64,000 nt of DNA from Azolla caroliniana (GCA_043228905.1 JBHGNT010000005.1:17546001-17610000), one strand, 5' to 3'. Positions 1 to 14,421 are shown, numbered from the stretch's first letter. Translations and numbers: made by a program. The notes: generated by a model not told the origin, from the letters alone.

Positions 1-79
1 AGGAGCTATGGCGATGAAGCTGCGCGTGGGCGTGGGCGTGGGCGTGGGCGTGGGCGTTGTTTCTTCTCGCCTGATTCAT
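1..79 (-). CDS. Possible first exon of a host gene running off the left edge (MNQARRNNAHAHAHAHAHAQLHRHSS...)
   Basis: ATG at 79 on the minus strand is open to position 1. It is GC-rich and lies just downstream of a long CT/CA microsatellite block, as in the 5' region of the KH gene. No homology recognised. Confidence 0.3.
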   Translation of the reverse strand, partial: MNQARRNNAHAHAHAHAHAQLHRHSS

Positions 80-130
80 CCTCCGTTTGGTCACGCCTGC
101 TTACCCTGCCTGTATTCAAATGCCCTCCTC

Positions 131-171
<41 letters not shown>

Positions 172-212
172 CGAGGGGGGGGAGGGTGTAGAGAGAGAGA
201 GAGAGAGAGAGA

Positions 213-258
<46 letters not shown>

Positions 259-387
259 GAGAGAGAATGTGTGAGGGGGGGGGTGTAGTAAGGGAGAGAG
301 AGTGTGTGTGGGGGGGGGGGAGAGAGAATGTGTGTGTGTGTGTGTGTGTGTGTAACAGAGATATTGTGTGAGAGAGAGAGAGAGAGA

Positions 388-419
<32 letters not shown>

Positions 420-620
420 TATTATGTGTGTGTGAGAGAGAGAATGTGTGTGTGTGTGTGTGTGCAAGAGAGAGATTGTGTGTATGTGTAAGAGAGATAG
501 AGTGTGTTTGTGTGTGAGAGAGAGAGAGAGAATGTGTGTGTGTGGCCGTGGGTGTGACCTCTCTCTCTCTCTCTCTATGAAGACCCAAATATAATTTATG
601 TATGTATGTATGTATATGTA
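131..620. repeat. Compound (CT)n/(GA)n/(GT)n/(GTAT)n microsatellite block
   Basis: Directly visible dinucleotide runs; they explain the spurious TH/SL/RE ORFs. Confidence 0.95.
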
Positions 621-3600
621 TCCCGAGAAACCACACGAACTTAGTGGTGCCGATGTATGTGATGAGTTAGGTTAGGTTGTGGCGGGCGCGGCGCATCTTA
701 CAAGTAGAGTTGTTCTGGCCCGCAATTGACCGCAAAGCATCACCATTACCTTAACATGAATAGATGATGGGCCACGGAAAAACTCTTTGGCTCATTGTCT
801 GCTAACCTATCGAAGCAAACATAAGAAAAGGATGCGTTGAATCCATGGTGCCCAAAGTTGAGATGGGATAACCCCCAATGGCATGTCCCAACATGATAAT
901 GGAATGCGTGCATGACACCCTACTCAAGCATATCGTAGAAAAACAAAAAAAACGTTTCACATCTTGAAAATTGTTGCTAGCAATTCAAGTCATCAACTAA
1001 CGATTACCCATCGAAGAAACACTTTCACAATGAATAGAAGATGGGATTGTATCCCAGATTTAACACTTGGTGCCACCATCATCTACGATTTGGATAACTA
1101 ACTGAAATTTAGCTTTGATCTGATTGTTGTAGATGTCATCGGTGTGCAATGCAAGTTTTATTTTTGTTCTTAAATAACCAATATCTACTTGGTTCCACTA
1201 CCACCCAGTTCGGAATACATGCCACAAGAATAGGCAAAATGGATACTAATTGCTTAGCATAATAATGATTCTCTTTATCTTTCTCTTTGTTCTTAGTGCA
1301 TCCATCCTTTTCTTGACATTTTCAACACCGTTTTATTATGAATATATAAAGTTATACGAAATCCAACATAAATAGGTTGGTTTTCACTAGAATATGTTCC
1401 TTCTTCTTTGTTGTTGCAATGACCACCCTTTTTCTTGACATTTTCAACGTCATTTTATTAATAAAATATACACTTCCAACTTTTTTAGAAGATCGCGAGT
1501 TTACTTGTTTATAGGACTCCAAATACATAGTTTCGTAGACAATAATGTCATGTCTGAAGGGGCATGTGTTTGATGTAGTGAAGCCCAAAGTTGGTTTCAC
1601 ATATTTAAGTCCATTTTCTTGGTGGAATACCATTTGACTGGCCACAACCTCGACGTTAGGATATGGACATAGACAAAGGGCTAATTCGTATAATTAATGC
1701 CTTATCCTAATATCGAGCACTCATTTGCATTTTCTTCTTTGTATTGTAATTTGTAACCTTAGAGTCTTTTGTCTCATGTAGCAAGGACCAAGCATTCTCT
1801 CACATAGTGCACTTACCATTTCCCAAGGTCCAAGTATGTTGCTCAATTCCATGGTATGATACATGGAACTATCCCATGCATAAGTAATGGCCATATCTTG
1901 TGGCTTAAAATACTCCTTGATTGTTTGCAATGGTATTACATTGCCTCATTACCAACACCACTCACATCCTGCCGTAGGAAGATTGATTGACATTGCTCAT
2001 CCTTGAAGTTGAAATGTGACTATTGACACAAAAGCAAATATATATTCATGTTGTGCATTTGTATTTCCAAAATGAATTGGTGTATAGGAATACTATCATG
2101 TTGTGCATTTGGAGTTGCAAGATGAATTGGTGTGATTGATAGTTTACACTTGGTGAAGAGAACAATGTATGCAAGGATAGGTCATGATTTATGGGCAAGG
2201 CAAGTCCATGTGATTTGAGGTGGAGCATTGGAGTAGCATGTGATACTCATATGATCACACAAAGGTAAAGGATTCAAGAAAAACATGTTTCCTCACCCCC
2301 ATCAATGTCTTATATTGGAGAGAAAGCTTAAACCGGTGCAAGAACCGATTTGGTTCAAGTTTGAAAACTTCCAAAATGGTTAAGGTTTAGTCGGTTTGGT
2401 TTGTACAAGGCCAAACAGGTTTAGGCCGAAATTGAACCGTTACCGATTCCTACCTACCACTTGGATAACCATATCCATTGAAACAAAACAAACAATTTTT
2501 TTTATGTATATCTATTGGAGAGAGAGAGAGAGAGAGTTGACGATGATATATTCGTCTTTACAAGGGCAATGCATCCTATGGGGCACAAAGTACACAGTGT
2601 GACAAAGTCCACTTTGCTAATATAGTGGGGTACAACACATGACTTCCAAACATTTTGCATGACATCTCTAGTACACCAAAGCAAGGAGCATCTATCTACC
2701 CTTTAAGAAGTTGTTTCCACCTTGAAGGATTTATGCAAGGTTCATTACTATTTCAATTAGAGACAGAGAGAGACAGAGACAGAGAGAGATCACAGTTATT
2801 ATGTATTACTTTTTAAAGATACGTGGTTAATATCGACAAGGACATTTGAAATGTCAACGTATGAAAAAGAAGCACCACATTTATTATGGGCTAACCGTGT
2901 TACTTATGATTTGGACTAGGAGCCCAATAAAGAAGAGTTAGTTGAACTTATTACACATCCTCTAATGTCACATATTGGCTCCAAATAATTAGCATTTCAC
3001 ATTTTCGCTCAAAATCTCTTGCTAATTGGTGAGCCCCTCACATAGGAGCAAGCATAATGGGGATAAGGAAAGCTTGACCCCAAAACTAGAAAATTTTAAA
3101 ATTGCCTTTTGCAAACTACCTTGAGATAAACATATTGTGTAAGAGGTAGAGAACTACAATATAGATATTGCTTCTAGCACAATTCCATACATGTGAGTTA
3201 GAGTGTTCTCAAAGCTTTGGTGCATTCACTTCATCAAAGATATATCTTGACATACTTTCATTAATGTCTTTGTTTGAATTTCCCCCATGACCAAAACTAT
3301 CTAGAAGCAGATTCCAAACCTGCCTACCCATAGTGGACAAACATCATTTAATAATCTTTTTCAAGTAGATTCAATGTGTATAAACTCAGAATACCAATTA
3401 AATTAAGCATCTTCTTCCATTTAAAAGTACACTACCTATGTTCATGCCAACATCGACAACACAAACATGCTTTGTACCTTTTGCACCCATTCTAAGTATT
3501 ATTAGTTCCATTTCACTTTAATATTGAAGGGGAGAGTAAAAGTCCATCTAAGAAATGCTTCCTTTGTGTGTTGCACATTAATGACCTCATATAACACTAG

Positions 3601-4994
3601 GAACAAAGTGATTAGCAATTTTAGTAATGATGAGAAAACCCTCAACATCAACAAAGAATCTCACCAAGTAATTTTTGAGCAAACCACCAAGAATTTCATT
3701 GTTAGCATTTGGGGTAGTAGAAGAATCCTTCTAATACAACCACTAGTATAAGTGTTTACTGAATACAATGAAACAGATATTTTTCTTGAATCCTTCTTTA
3801 GCTCCACATTAAATATCTTTCAATAATCGAGGCACCACAAAATCTCTATATTATATGAGCAGTGTGTGGTAGTTCTAACTCCTGCCAAAGAGTTGTTAGA
3901 ACAAGAATCTATGGATTTAATATGAAATTAGTAATCACATTCTCACATGACCCGTACTGTGACACTACTCACTGGCAAATGAAAGGAAAGAGAAACCCCT
4001 GCATTGAAGGCAATAATGCAAACTAGATGTGGTGCCACACCTGTGACAATATGCACACTTCACAAGTTCGTATATGGAAGTAATCAAACCTCATTATACT
4101 TCACAAATTTGTATCAGGAAAGCTTTAAGAGAACCAAATTTTCATTATGCTATGACGTGCAATGACCTTCACATAATGCTTTACAGACAGGTCACAGTCA
4201 GCAATAGAAAATCAAATGCACACTCAAAGAATTAAAAATGAACATTTACAAAGCAGCATTTCACAATTAGTTTCCAGTGTTTGACTTTACTGGTTGCCCA
4301 TCAGAGTAAGAGCTAAACATGCACCAAGGGTAGTTAAAAGATTAAAATCAGAGAATCCTAGCCATTGGGGATTTGATGGTCTACCTGAATCTGCAGGACT
4401 GTTCGATTTTGATCAAATATCACTCAGTGATTAAGAATTATTACATGGATCCATTTTAATCAACAAATGTAGAATCAGCCTATTTCAATTACCATGCTCA
4501 CTTTAGCAAACCTGAAGAATGTTAAGATACCTTTACCAGCTTAACATGAAAATAAGCTCACATTGATAGATGCTTGTACCTCCAGCAAAAAATCATATGT
4601 GAATATCAAAAGACGCTTTAACCAAGTTACAGTCCAGAACAGTTAAAGACACAGGATGCAAGGCAAACAAATACTTCATCCACTGAGAAGATGATACAAG
4701 TACAAACAGGATATTTACCATACTTATCACCAGCAGAAATGTCATCAAAAGTTCCAGCATCTAGTCATCAATGAGATAACTAAAACTCCTGAAACAGTAT
4801 AATTAATCATATGGCATGTAAAGGAAAAGGATAAAACTGACTAACAGGGGTAGAAACTTCAGAAATAAAGTAAATGCATTCTTGTTATTGGTAATGTAAA
4901 GCAAGACAATGGAAATAAAGGGCCTAACCTAATTCATAGAATATTCAGCAAACCTTTTCAGAGCCCATACTTTGACATTTACTAATAGCCAATT

Positions 4995-7900
4995 CTAACG
5001 TTCTTCATCTTCATTGGTATCATCAGCCTGTGTTTTTGCAGATGGTTGTTCATCCTCACCGTTACCTTCATTTCGTGCATGGTTATATCCAGAATTATAC
5101 TGATTGTAAGACAGTCTGTAATCGTAAGAAGATGGTGGCTCTTCACCATTTACACATCCATTACTCTCTTGTGTAGAAGCTTGATCTGGTGGGTAGCCAT
5201 GTTCAGTTTCAGATGGGCCATCTTGTTGATTTCCATATCCAGACTGCTTAGGGGCTTGTGCATAATTGGTTTCAGAATAATTATATTGCCCTGTGACATT
5301 GTTCCAATAACCCGTCCCTGATCTTCCATAGTTCACTTCGCTTGATACCTTTTCTGTTGCTTGCCCATATACAGATGGTGAGGGTTCCTGCTGTTCATAG
5401 TTCGTGCCATTGGTCCTACCATAGCTATATTGATCACCTTGTCCTTGTGGCTCTTGAGCTTGTTGTTGATATCCATAATCAGGTTGCCCTCGAGGTTGTT
5501 CTTGTTGCCCATATCCTTGCTCCCCAGCACCTAATGCTTCATAGCCTTCTTGAGGAGGTCCTTGAGTGAAACTCTGATGGCCATAAGGAGATGTGCCAGG
5601 TGGTCCATATGTTTGATGTGAATCCACTTGGCGATATGGTTCTGGCTGTCCATAACCTTCCTGTGAAGCATTTGAATGTGCACCTGGAGGCTGTTCAGCA
5701 TATGACGGTTGTTCATAACTTACACCTTGGGCTTGTTGAGTATAACCCATTTGACCTTGTTGATTATAGTAATCATAACCCCCAGACGGATGGTATTGTG
5801 GGGGTGGGGGGGCAGGTGGTAACTGATTCCAAGTTTGTTGGGGATAATTTCCGTAATGCTGAGGTGGACCTGGATAATATGATCCTTGTTGAAAGCCTTG
5901 TGGATAGCCCTGCTGATAGCCATATCCTTGCTGATGAATGGGTGGCCCTCCTGGAGGACCCCATGGTTGTGAGCCTTGAGGGTTATAAGGTTGATTATAA
6001 ACCCCTTGCATTGGGGGGGGCCTCACGCGATTCTAGAAGAGATACAAATAAACCATCAATCAAAGGCAGACTAATATCCAACCAATTGCCCCACATGAAG
6101 GTTTCCACTATAACCTGCAAGCACTATATTTTCGAATGAAGCATACCTCACTTAGTAGTTCTTTAATGAGGTCAGTGGCTGTATCAATTTGTTCCTTGCT
6201 TCCCACCAAACTCAATGTTCTTTCAGCAACTCCTGAATGATATTCAGGTGGACCTAGAAGAGGAACAAGCTGCCAGAACTGGAGATATTAATGTCCACGG
6301 TGACACTTGCAAACAGCGCCAGCATGCATGCAAAAGAATTGAACAGAAAATGATTTCATTAAATATGAGCAGTTCAAAAACCTGGATACGTGCTCCAGTA
6401 CGACTTTGCAAACTTTTTATGGTTTCACCACCTCGTCCAATAATCAGCCCAACCTGTTAAATCAAGAGATAATATGTCTAAATACTCATCATAAGTTTCT
6501 TCCTAATGTTAGTTTTTCTGGGACGAATTTCACCTTGTTTGTTGGAATATTCATCTGGACCTGCTCTCCACCAGATGGATGTGTGGGATTTGTGGCTGCT
6601 GCATCTGCCTGCACAGGAATGATAGTATATTTCGAATATAGTCTACACAGTAGGTCATTTCCTAGAGTTTAGGGTGGAAAGATAAAACTCACCTCTGCAA
6701 TTACATCATGAATGAGTTGCTCCGCACGATTAATCTGCTCAGAAGTTCCCATCAATTCTACCGTTCGGAATGGGAGATTTGGATTGTGATCCATGTCTCT
6801 CGTGATCTGTATTCTTGCTCCTGACTGTTGTTGAATATACTTGATTGTTTCCCCCCCTTTACCAATAACAAGGCCAACCTGCAGTTATATATACCAAATT
6901 TGTTTCCAAGACTAAGAATCCATCCAAGCATGATATTAGGATATGGTTATTATAAGCCAAGAAGTTTTAGTCGCAAAGAGATTATCCGTTCCATACCTTA
7001 ATATTAGGAATTTCCAATTTCTTGGACTCAGGGGCCCCCTGCATACTGTAAAAGCTGCTGCTCGAAGCATCACTGTATGGTTTTTCTAAACTCTTAACCT
7101 GTGAAACCTGACTGGAATAATGTGCTGATGCCATAAAGAAGAATATTTCAGAGTTAAGTGAGTACAATAAAAAATTACTTCATTTCATACAAACATAATC
7201 GCCTATCCAGAAAAAACATTGTTTAAAAAGTATTACTGAAGCTTAATTCCTTTGATTTGTGTATTTTGGGTTTCAACATTGCCATATGACATAGCAATCT
7301 ACACAATTTCCATTTCGGTACATGTGTCATCATCATGATAACAATTTACACATTTATATGCTTTATCCAATTTTATGGCAAGTGGAAACATAAAATTCAG
7401 GTCCAAACTCTGATATGAGTCATGTCCAAATCAGCATGTCTAGCATTTGACAAAATGCGAGGAATGATGAGATATAGTGCCTCGAGATCTAAGTTTCCAT
7501 TGTTACATTAAAAACGCGTGAATCTCCCTACAGATCTTTCAAGCTCAGAATAATATGAGCTTAAACATGTGATAAGGTCAAGAAAGAAATATGCATTAAC
7601 ATCTCTTAAAAAGCCAAATCGACCTATGCAAACTTGCAGGAAATTACATCAGGAAACATTGTCTGATGGAGAACCCAAACCAAAATACAATAAATAAATT
7701 GGTAAAACTCCATGAAATACACTGGTTATTCAAAAAAAAAATGGCCAAAAATATACAATTGACATTCCATGTTGAGAAAGTGTAGATATTCCTTTTTTCA
7801 GAACATGTATCATTGTGAACCCAGATGGATTGAGATTTCAGGTTTTGAAACATCTCCAAAATAGACCTGTCCAAGATCGAGAGGTCTCCAAAGTGAGAAA

Positions 7901-10900
7901 AGCACCTTCAGTGTCAGGTGATAATGGCCTTGATTTGTTGATGACCATGGTGACATTGTCAGATCCAAGTGGGCATGGCATACACGCATGACAAATTGCT
8001 ATAGCTTGATCTATTGCATCCGCTTGAGATGTTGCGGTTGAGACGGCATCTGTATTGTCGATGTTTGTTCTTCTTTTATGACCCTATATGCGTCATCGGT
8101 TTTGGGGTCTATCATATTAATTATTGATAATGTGATACTAAAAGCAGCCAATAAGGCGTGAACTTGCTTGTTCAAAAGAAATCTAGATTTCTGGGTGAAA
8201 AATGAAGTGTTACTGATACAGAATTTGAAGGAGGTATTTTGTTTATATCTGATGTCTCCAATGTTGAAATTTTAGTGCCCTTTGGAAGTTGAAAAGGCCA
8301 GTTCTATTTCCTGTCCTTGATTGACCTTTAGCATGTGATGGAGAGTTCACAGTATTGATAAAAATTTGTGAGGTTTCTTTGCAGAAGTGTTTCATAATTG
8401 TATGGGCATATTTCAACGACTTCTCTATGCTATTGATTTCCAACAAGAACAGTCCCAAGCATTATTATATTGCAGTGTAGACCAAAACCTTGAAAGAAGG
8501 CAGTGGTATCAAACATATGAGAAAGATATGTATCCATGTAAGGGGGCATAATAAAAAATCAATTAGGTCGCAAGTGTAAAAAAAGAACCTTACAGTGCTC
8601 CTCTTGCCATGAACTGATTCATATCCTCTCTATATCCTTTTTTATTATATATGTCCAGATCACCTTATTCTTATCCTTTCAGGTCATTTACAGATATGGC
8701 AGTCATTTCTAAACAGGAACTGGGGGGTAAAACACCTAATGTTTACCCCATGTGGCTTAAACCATTCTCTCATTTTTGGGCATATCAACATTGAGTGATC
8801 CTTTTTTAAGCCAAAACTTTGGATAGTGTAAGTATCAGTCTCAGCTACCTTGAACTTCATCACTATCAACTCCGTTGAATCTGTGTTACAGCTTGAAATA
8901 TTGCTTCTGCAACTATGGGGGATGCCCAACTTCAGGAGAGACTATCTCATGAGGTACAGTGAAGTTAGAGAGGGAGGGAGAGCTAGAAAGAGAAGGAGAA
9001 TTGAAATAAGTTTTAACAGTTCAAATCAATATTAATTAGTTTAAAGTTAATCTACAGCCAGAAGAGAGATCTTTACAATAAAGAAACGAGCTGAAACAAC
9101 GAAAACAGAACGCCAGTTAAAAATGAAACTGCACTTTCCAGACATTCAGAAAAAAATAACTGCAAAAAAGCTAGAAACAAAAAGAGGAAAATAATAAAAA
9201 TAGCAAGGAGAGAGAGAAGATGAAGAAATCCATCTAAAAGAGGATCATTTTCCCTCTTTCAGCTTGAAATAAATGGTACGCATCTAACCCCCACAGTTTC
9301 TCCATATGCCGACCATGTGGCAAACGCATATGGTTCAGAACCCAATTTATCCATTCATGATGACCTAAATGTGTGTGTGTGTGTGTCTATGTGTATGTAT
9401 ATATACATTCATACATATGTCTACCAGACACACTTACATATATATGGTGAACAGGGTTATGGGTGCAAAGAATTTTTACTGTGCGCACAATATTTCATGG
9501 TATAATGTTAAAAATAACAGTAACAATTTGGTACAGAAAAAACATGTGTTAAACATGTCACTTTGGGAGTTGGAATATGCAGATTTCTTCTATTCGTTTG
9601 CAAGAAAGCTACCATTTGGAAAACGTAATCAGTGAAAACTAGCAAGCTAAGTTCTAACTGAAACCAATCACAGAAACTGGATAATACACCAAAGATTTCT
9701 AATGTAAATTATCCTTATCCCTGTTCAGAGCTTCATGACCTAGCTTGCTTATCCTAATCCCTATTTAAAGTTTCATGAAGAGCTTCATGAGAAAGCTTGC
9801 TTATCCTTATCACTAATTACAGCTTCATGGGCTGCAAGTTAACAGACTAATCTTAAATAGCATAATGGACAAATGCAGGAAAGTAGACACAAGAAGACCC
9901 TTTTTATGCATAAAAACATTATACATCTGCTACTAAAGTGCTTAAATATCATGGCAAAGGTTGCTATAAGCAATTACCTAACCAATTCAATACAGTTTCA
10001 AAGTTTTCAGTGTGCAGTAAAGGATGTTCTAAGATTTTCACAACCATGAAGATATTCCCAAATGTCTTTCTTTTGAAAATCTAGTTGAATTCAGAGGAAT
10101 GAAGTTATGCAAATGCTTCATAAAATAGCATTCGATGTGGAGTTGATTCAGTCATGAAGCAACACAAAGGGCAACACAGATTCATATAGATGCATTCAGG
10201 TCACTGTTAAATCATAAACTGCACACAGCAATTCCCCAAGAAATTAGATCACACAAAATATATTACTTCCTATGGACAATATAAATCACATGAACCCTTC
10301 AGGTGCTGATATAGATGTTGATGACATTGTGGTACTTTTACGTTGAGCTACAAATTACAGGATGGATACAAAAGGGAGATACAAAACAAGAAGAACAATT
10401 GCAAAGAGAAGGTCATGAAGAAGAACATGAACTGAGGGCATGAAAATGAAAGTGCTAAATATATTAGCAAAACAAGGAGTGAAGAAAGAGGGAAATAGTT
10501 GCACAGAAAACATCGAGAAGAAACATTCGTCTTGTTAAGACAGTGCAAGGTAGAGGACAGACACACAAGGAGAAAGAAAATGGGATGAAAAATGGTTACA
10601 AAGAGAAGATCAAGGAGAAGAAACGAAAATGGGATAGATCAATAAAACAGGATCTAAAAAAAGAAAGCAAAACTGGAACATGAAGTTAAGACATTACCTT
10701 AGGATCAAGAAAAAGAAAGATGGAGAAAGAAATAAAACGGATCATAAAATTATGCCAGAAAAAGCTTACTGAGGAAAACAAAGCAAAAATTAAATATGAA
10801 ATTAGGACAAGAAAATTCTGACACTGAAAAAGAAAGCAATCTGGAACATGAAATTTAAATTGGAAATGTGTGTTTCAAAAGAAAGAAACTGGAGCACGAA

Positions 10901-12456
10901 ACTGAGACAGGTAATGCATAATTTGGAAATGACGAAAATGGTTACTTTTAAAGAAGCTAACTGAAATGGTGAAGTTAATACATTTCATTTGGATGCAAAG
11001 GAGAAACCAAAACGAGAACATGAAAGTAAGGCAGATCATTCTTAATGTGGGATCAAAGAGATGACACATGAAATTACACCATATAAGTAGATCCATAGCA
11101 TAAAGGATAGGAAATCAATGGTAGAAAATGAAAACCAGGATGGCAAGGAATACTTGAAGACTGAGAGAAAGATATGAAATTAAGGTTCATTTGTATGTAA
11201 AGGAGAAACCAAAACGAGAACATGAAAGTAAGGCAGATAATTCTTAATGTGGGATCAAAGAGATGACACATGAAATTACACCATATAAGTAGATCCATAG
11301 CATAAAGGATAGGAAATCAATGGTAGAAAATGAAAACCAGGATGGCAAGGAATACTTGAAGACTGAGAGAAAGATATGAAATTAAGGTTCATTTGTATGT
11401 AAAGGAGAAACCAAAACGAGAACATGAAAGTAAGGCAGATAATTCTTAATGTGGGATCAAAGAGATGAAACATGAAATTACACCATATAAGTAGATCCAT
11501 AGCATAAAGGATAGGAAATCAATGGTAGAAAATGAAAACCAGGATGGCAAGGAATACTTTCAGATTGAGGGAAATACAACAACGTGGAACATGATATTTA
11601 GACATAAAATCCTTAGTTTGGAAAAGAACTCTGATGCATACATTAAGTTCAATTTAAAGAAGGCAGTAGCAAATAAGATTGAGTAAAAATAGTGTACAAT
11701 TTGGGATCTACAAAATGAACCTGTATACGAAATTAAGACACAAAATGTTTACTACTACTGGAAAAAGAAATTGGGGCACCTTGTGATTACTGTAGGAGAA
11801 AAGGAGAAAAAATCAAAACTAGAGCTTGAAATGAAGGAAATTGATTCCTATATTCATAACAGCGTTCCAGGACAAGAAAACAAAACTAGAATATGCAATT
11901 AAGGCCAAAAATGCTTAATTTCTTTTCGAAAGTAATCTGGCACATGGAAGCAACACAGGAAAATCCTAACCATAGAAGAGGAGTTAAACGATAAATTAAG
12001 GTAAGTTTAGGATCGAGGAAAATAAAAGAAATTGGAACATGAGATTATGGCACATGATGCTAATATTAGAATCGGGTATAAAAGAAGAAAAACTGGAAAA
12101 CAGAATCAAAACACAGGAAGTGCTTACTTTGGAAGAGAATTCGATGCATATTTGAGGTTCGAATGAAGAGAGTGCAAACAAATAGAACCGAAAATAAAAT
12201 AAAATCAAGGCTAAAATTTTAGCGCCAGCTTACTTTCATTGACAGAAGAATCTCCATGGGAACCGGTATCATCAGAGGGACGATCTTCAAAACGAGAACG
12301 TTTGGTCTGATCCTGAGATGCAGAGAGGCGAGCGGCGATCTGCAAGGCTTTCTGCTTCGCGCTCTCGAAGTCGCTGAGAGGGGGAGGAACTCGGTTGTAG
12401 GAGACGCTGCCCGATCCTGTGTCGTCGAACTTCCGCTTGTTCTGGGTGTCCGCCAT
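4995..12456 (-). CDS. KH-domain RNA-binding protein, far-upstream-element-binding protein (FUBP/KHSRP)-like, ~614 aa
   Basis: Exons 12456-12234, 7124-6997, 6878-6693, 6608-6534, 6453-6382, 6269-6147, 6032-4995, all GT-AG and in frame. N-terminal FESAKQKALQIAARL helix; two KH domains (VGLVIGKGGETIK, VGLIIGRGGETIK); Pro/Gln/Tyr/Gly-rich tail. Confidence 0.9.
10984..11559. repeat. 202-bp tandem repeat (~2.8 copies) in intron 1 of the KH gene
   Basis: Near-identical units; the repeated spurious ORFs start at 11096, 11298 and 11500 (period 202). Confidence 0.9.
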
Positions 12457-13224
12457 GGCGATGGCGATGGCGAGGAATGTGTGTGTATGTATATGCGTGT
12501 GCGTGAGACAGACAGACAGAGAGAAATGAAGAAGAAGAAGAAGAAGAAGAAGAAGAAGAAGAAGAATTAGGAAAAATGGCAGATCTCTGTGTGTGTGAGT
12601 GTTTTTTTTGTTTTTTGGTGTGTTTTTGGTGAGAGGATATGTAAGTGATTTCTATAAAAAAAAAACCCTAGAAATACATACATACATACATCATTACATG
12701 TATGCATGCATGCATGTATGTACATATGTGATGTATGTATGCGATGTATGTGATGGAGATGGTGTGTGCACTCGAGTGAGAAACATTGTGTGTGTGTCCA
12801 CCGAGAAGACGGACCATCTCATTCGGTGGGCGTATACATGGCTTGACGGCCACATTCATACCATTCGTACATTACTCCGTTATGTTACTTCTCGTACAGA
12901 AAAAGAACTAAGTGGTGGTCAGTCTGCAACCGAGGCATGCGTTGGCCTCACATTTTGAACTAGAATGCCTACTCGTGCGTGACTTGTTGGGATGACATAT
13001 TTGGTTGCTTTATTTTGTTGTGAACCCAATGTGTCGTAATGAGCTCAATTAGTGTTTCGTAGCTGCCTTTAGTGTGACACTCGCTAACCATATGAGAGCC
13101 TTGGAAATTAAAGCGTTTTTATATCACATTTAGGCATATGTCCCTTTTCTGTTTTGTAAAGTTGTTTCTTAGCATACATATATTACGGGCGTTTTCAATG
13201 TAGCTAAGAAAACTTCCACTTCAT

Positions 13225-13984
13225 GCATTCGACGTTCATCCTCCTTCAAGTCAATGTCGAGATTGATTATGATTGGTTCGGACGGAGTCGGCTCTTGTTC
13301 GTACCATGATGCCGATTGATCAAATATGACGTTCCGATTCACTCGAACTTTTCGGGTAGAGGGGTTGAAACACTTATACCCTTTTTGCTCAAGCAAATAC
13401 CCTACGATGATACATTTCTCCAACTTGGGATCTAACTTTTGTCTCTTTTTGTCGGGAATGTGTACGTATGCAATCGAACCGAATATCCTGACATGGGATA
13501 GGTCCGACTTCTTTCCATAAAACTTCTCGTGAGGGGTTTCATCGTGTATTCCAAATGTTGTACACCTGTTCATTAGATAGACAGTTGTGTTTGCTGCTTC
13601 AACCCAGTACGACTTTCGCAAATTCTTCTTGTTCATCATTGCTCTTGCTACCTCTAACATGTGCTGATTCCTTCATTCGGCCACTCCGTTCTATTGAGGT
13701 GTATGTTGGCAAGAAAACTCCTGCCGAATTCCTTCTTGTCAAAGGTATGATGTGAAGGCATCAGAGAAGTACTCTTTGCCTTTGTCTGATCGAAGGCACC
13801 GTATGTGTCGACCGGTTGCCTTTTCGACTTCGTTTTTAAACTTTTGGAAGTGTGAGAACACTTCACTCTTTTGCCGCATGGGATAAAACCAGGTGTGCCT
13901 AGAGAAGTCGTCGATGAACGCGACGTAGTATGGACATCCACCGAATGTGGCCGTTTGAGCCGGTGCCCACACATCTGAATGTAC
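13225..13984 (-). pseudogene. Copia integrase fragment (frameshifted)
   Basis: ORFs 13739-14116 and 13169-13660 contain rve motifs HSDVW, FIDDFSR, LRSD and WVEAANTTVYLMNR. Confidence 0.85.
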
Positions 13985-14059
13985 TAAGACAGAGAGGGAA
14001 TTAGTACTAGAGATGAGGATCAATACTAAGAGGGAAAAAGGTGTAGAACTATCGGGAGA

Positions 14060-14104
<45 letters not shown>

Positions 14105-14421
14105 TGATGGTAACAAACGATATATTATATTATATGAAGAGAATATACAAGAATAGCTAGGAGGCTTAAGATTGACGTTGAATCGAATTGGTTCTCAATA
14201 ATGTCATGTGCCTCTTTTTATAGTATGCTTAGGAGTACTCTTGATATTTCTAGAATGTTCCATGAAAATCTATAATATACATGGATTTCCTAAGTGAAAT
14301 AATAAATGGAAATAATATTTTTTGTATTATAATGTATAGCTTAATGGTAAAGCTTCAACCTATGTGACACAAGGTCATGGGTTCAAATCCTTTTGAAGCC
14401 ATACCATGCTATATCATGACA
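13981..14421 (-). repeat. 3' LTR of Gypsy A (left terminus lost)
   Basis: Matches 48415-48825; ends ...atcatgaca next to the polypurine tract. Confidence 0.9.

Noticed and set aside
6-636. ORFs of 82-181 aa rich in TH/SL/RE/VC repeats
   Set aside because: Translations of microsatellites.
830-1100. Degenerate inverted repeat (845-877 vs 1043-1083), possible old MITE
   Set aside because: Too many mismatches and no clear TSD or termini.
1300-2460. Short ORFs, a ~42-bp direct repeat and an AACCG-rich patch suggesting a decayed DNA transposon
   Set aside because: No recognisable protein motif or boundaries.
14334-14400. tRNA genes at the A/B-box sites in LTRs
   Set aside because: No complete acceptor stem or canonical cloverleaf, and they are integral to paired LTRs; reported as tRNA-like cassettes instead.
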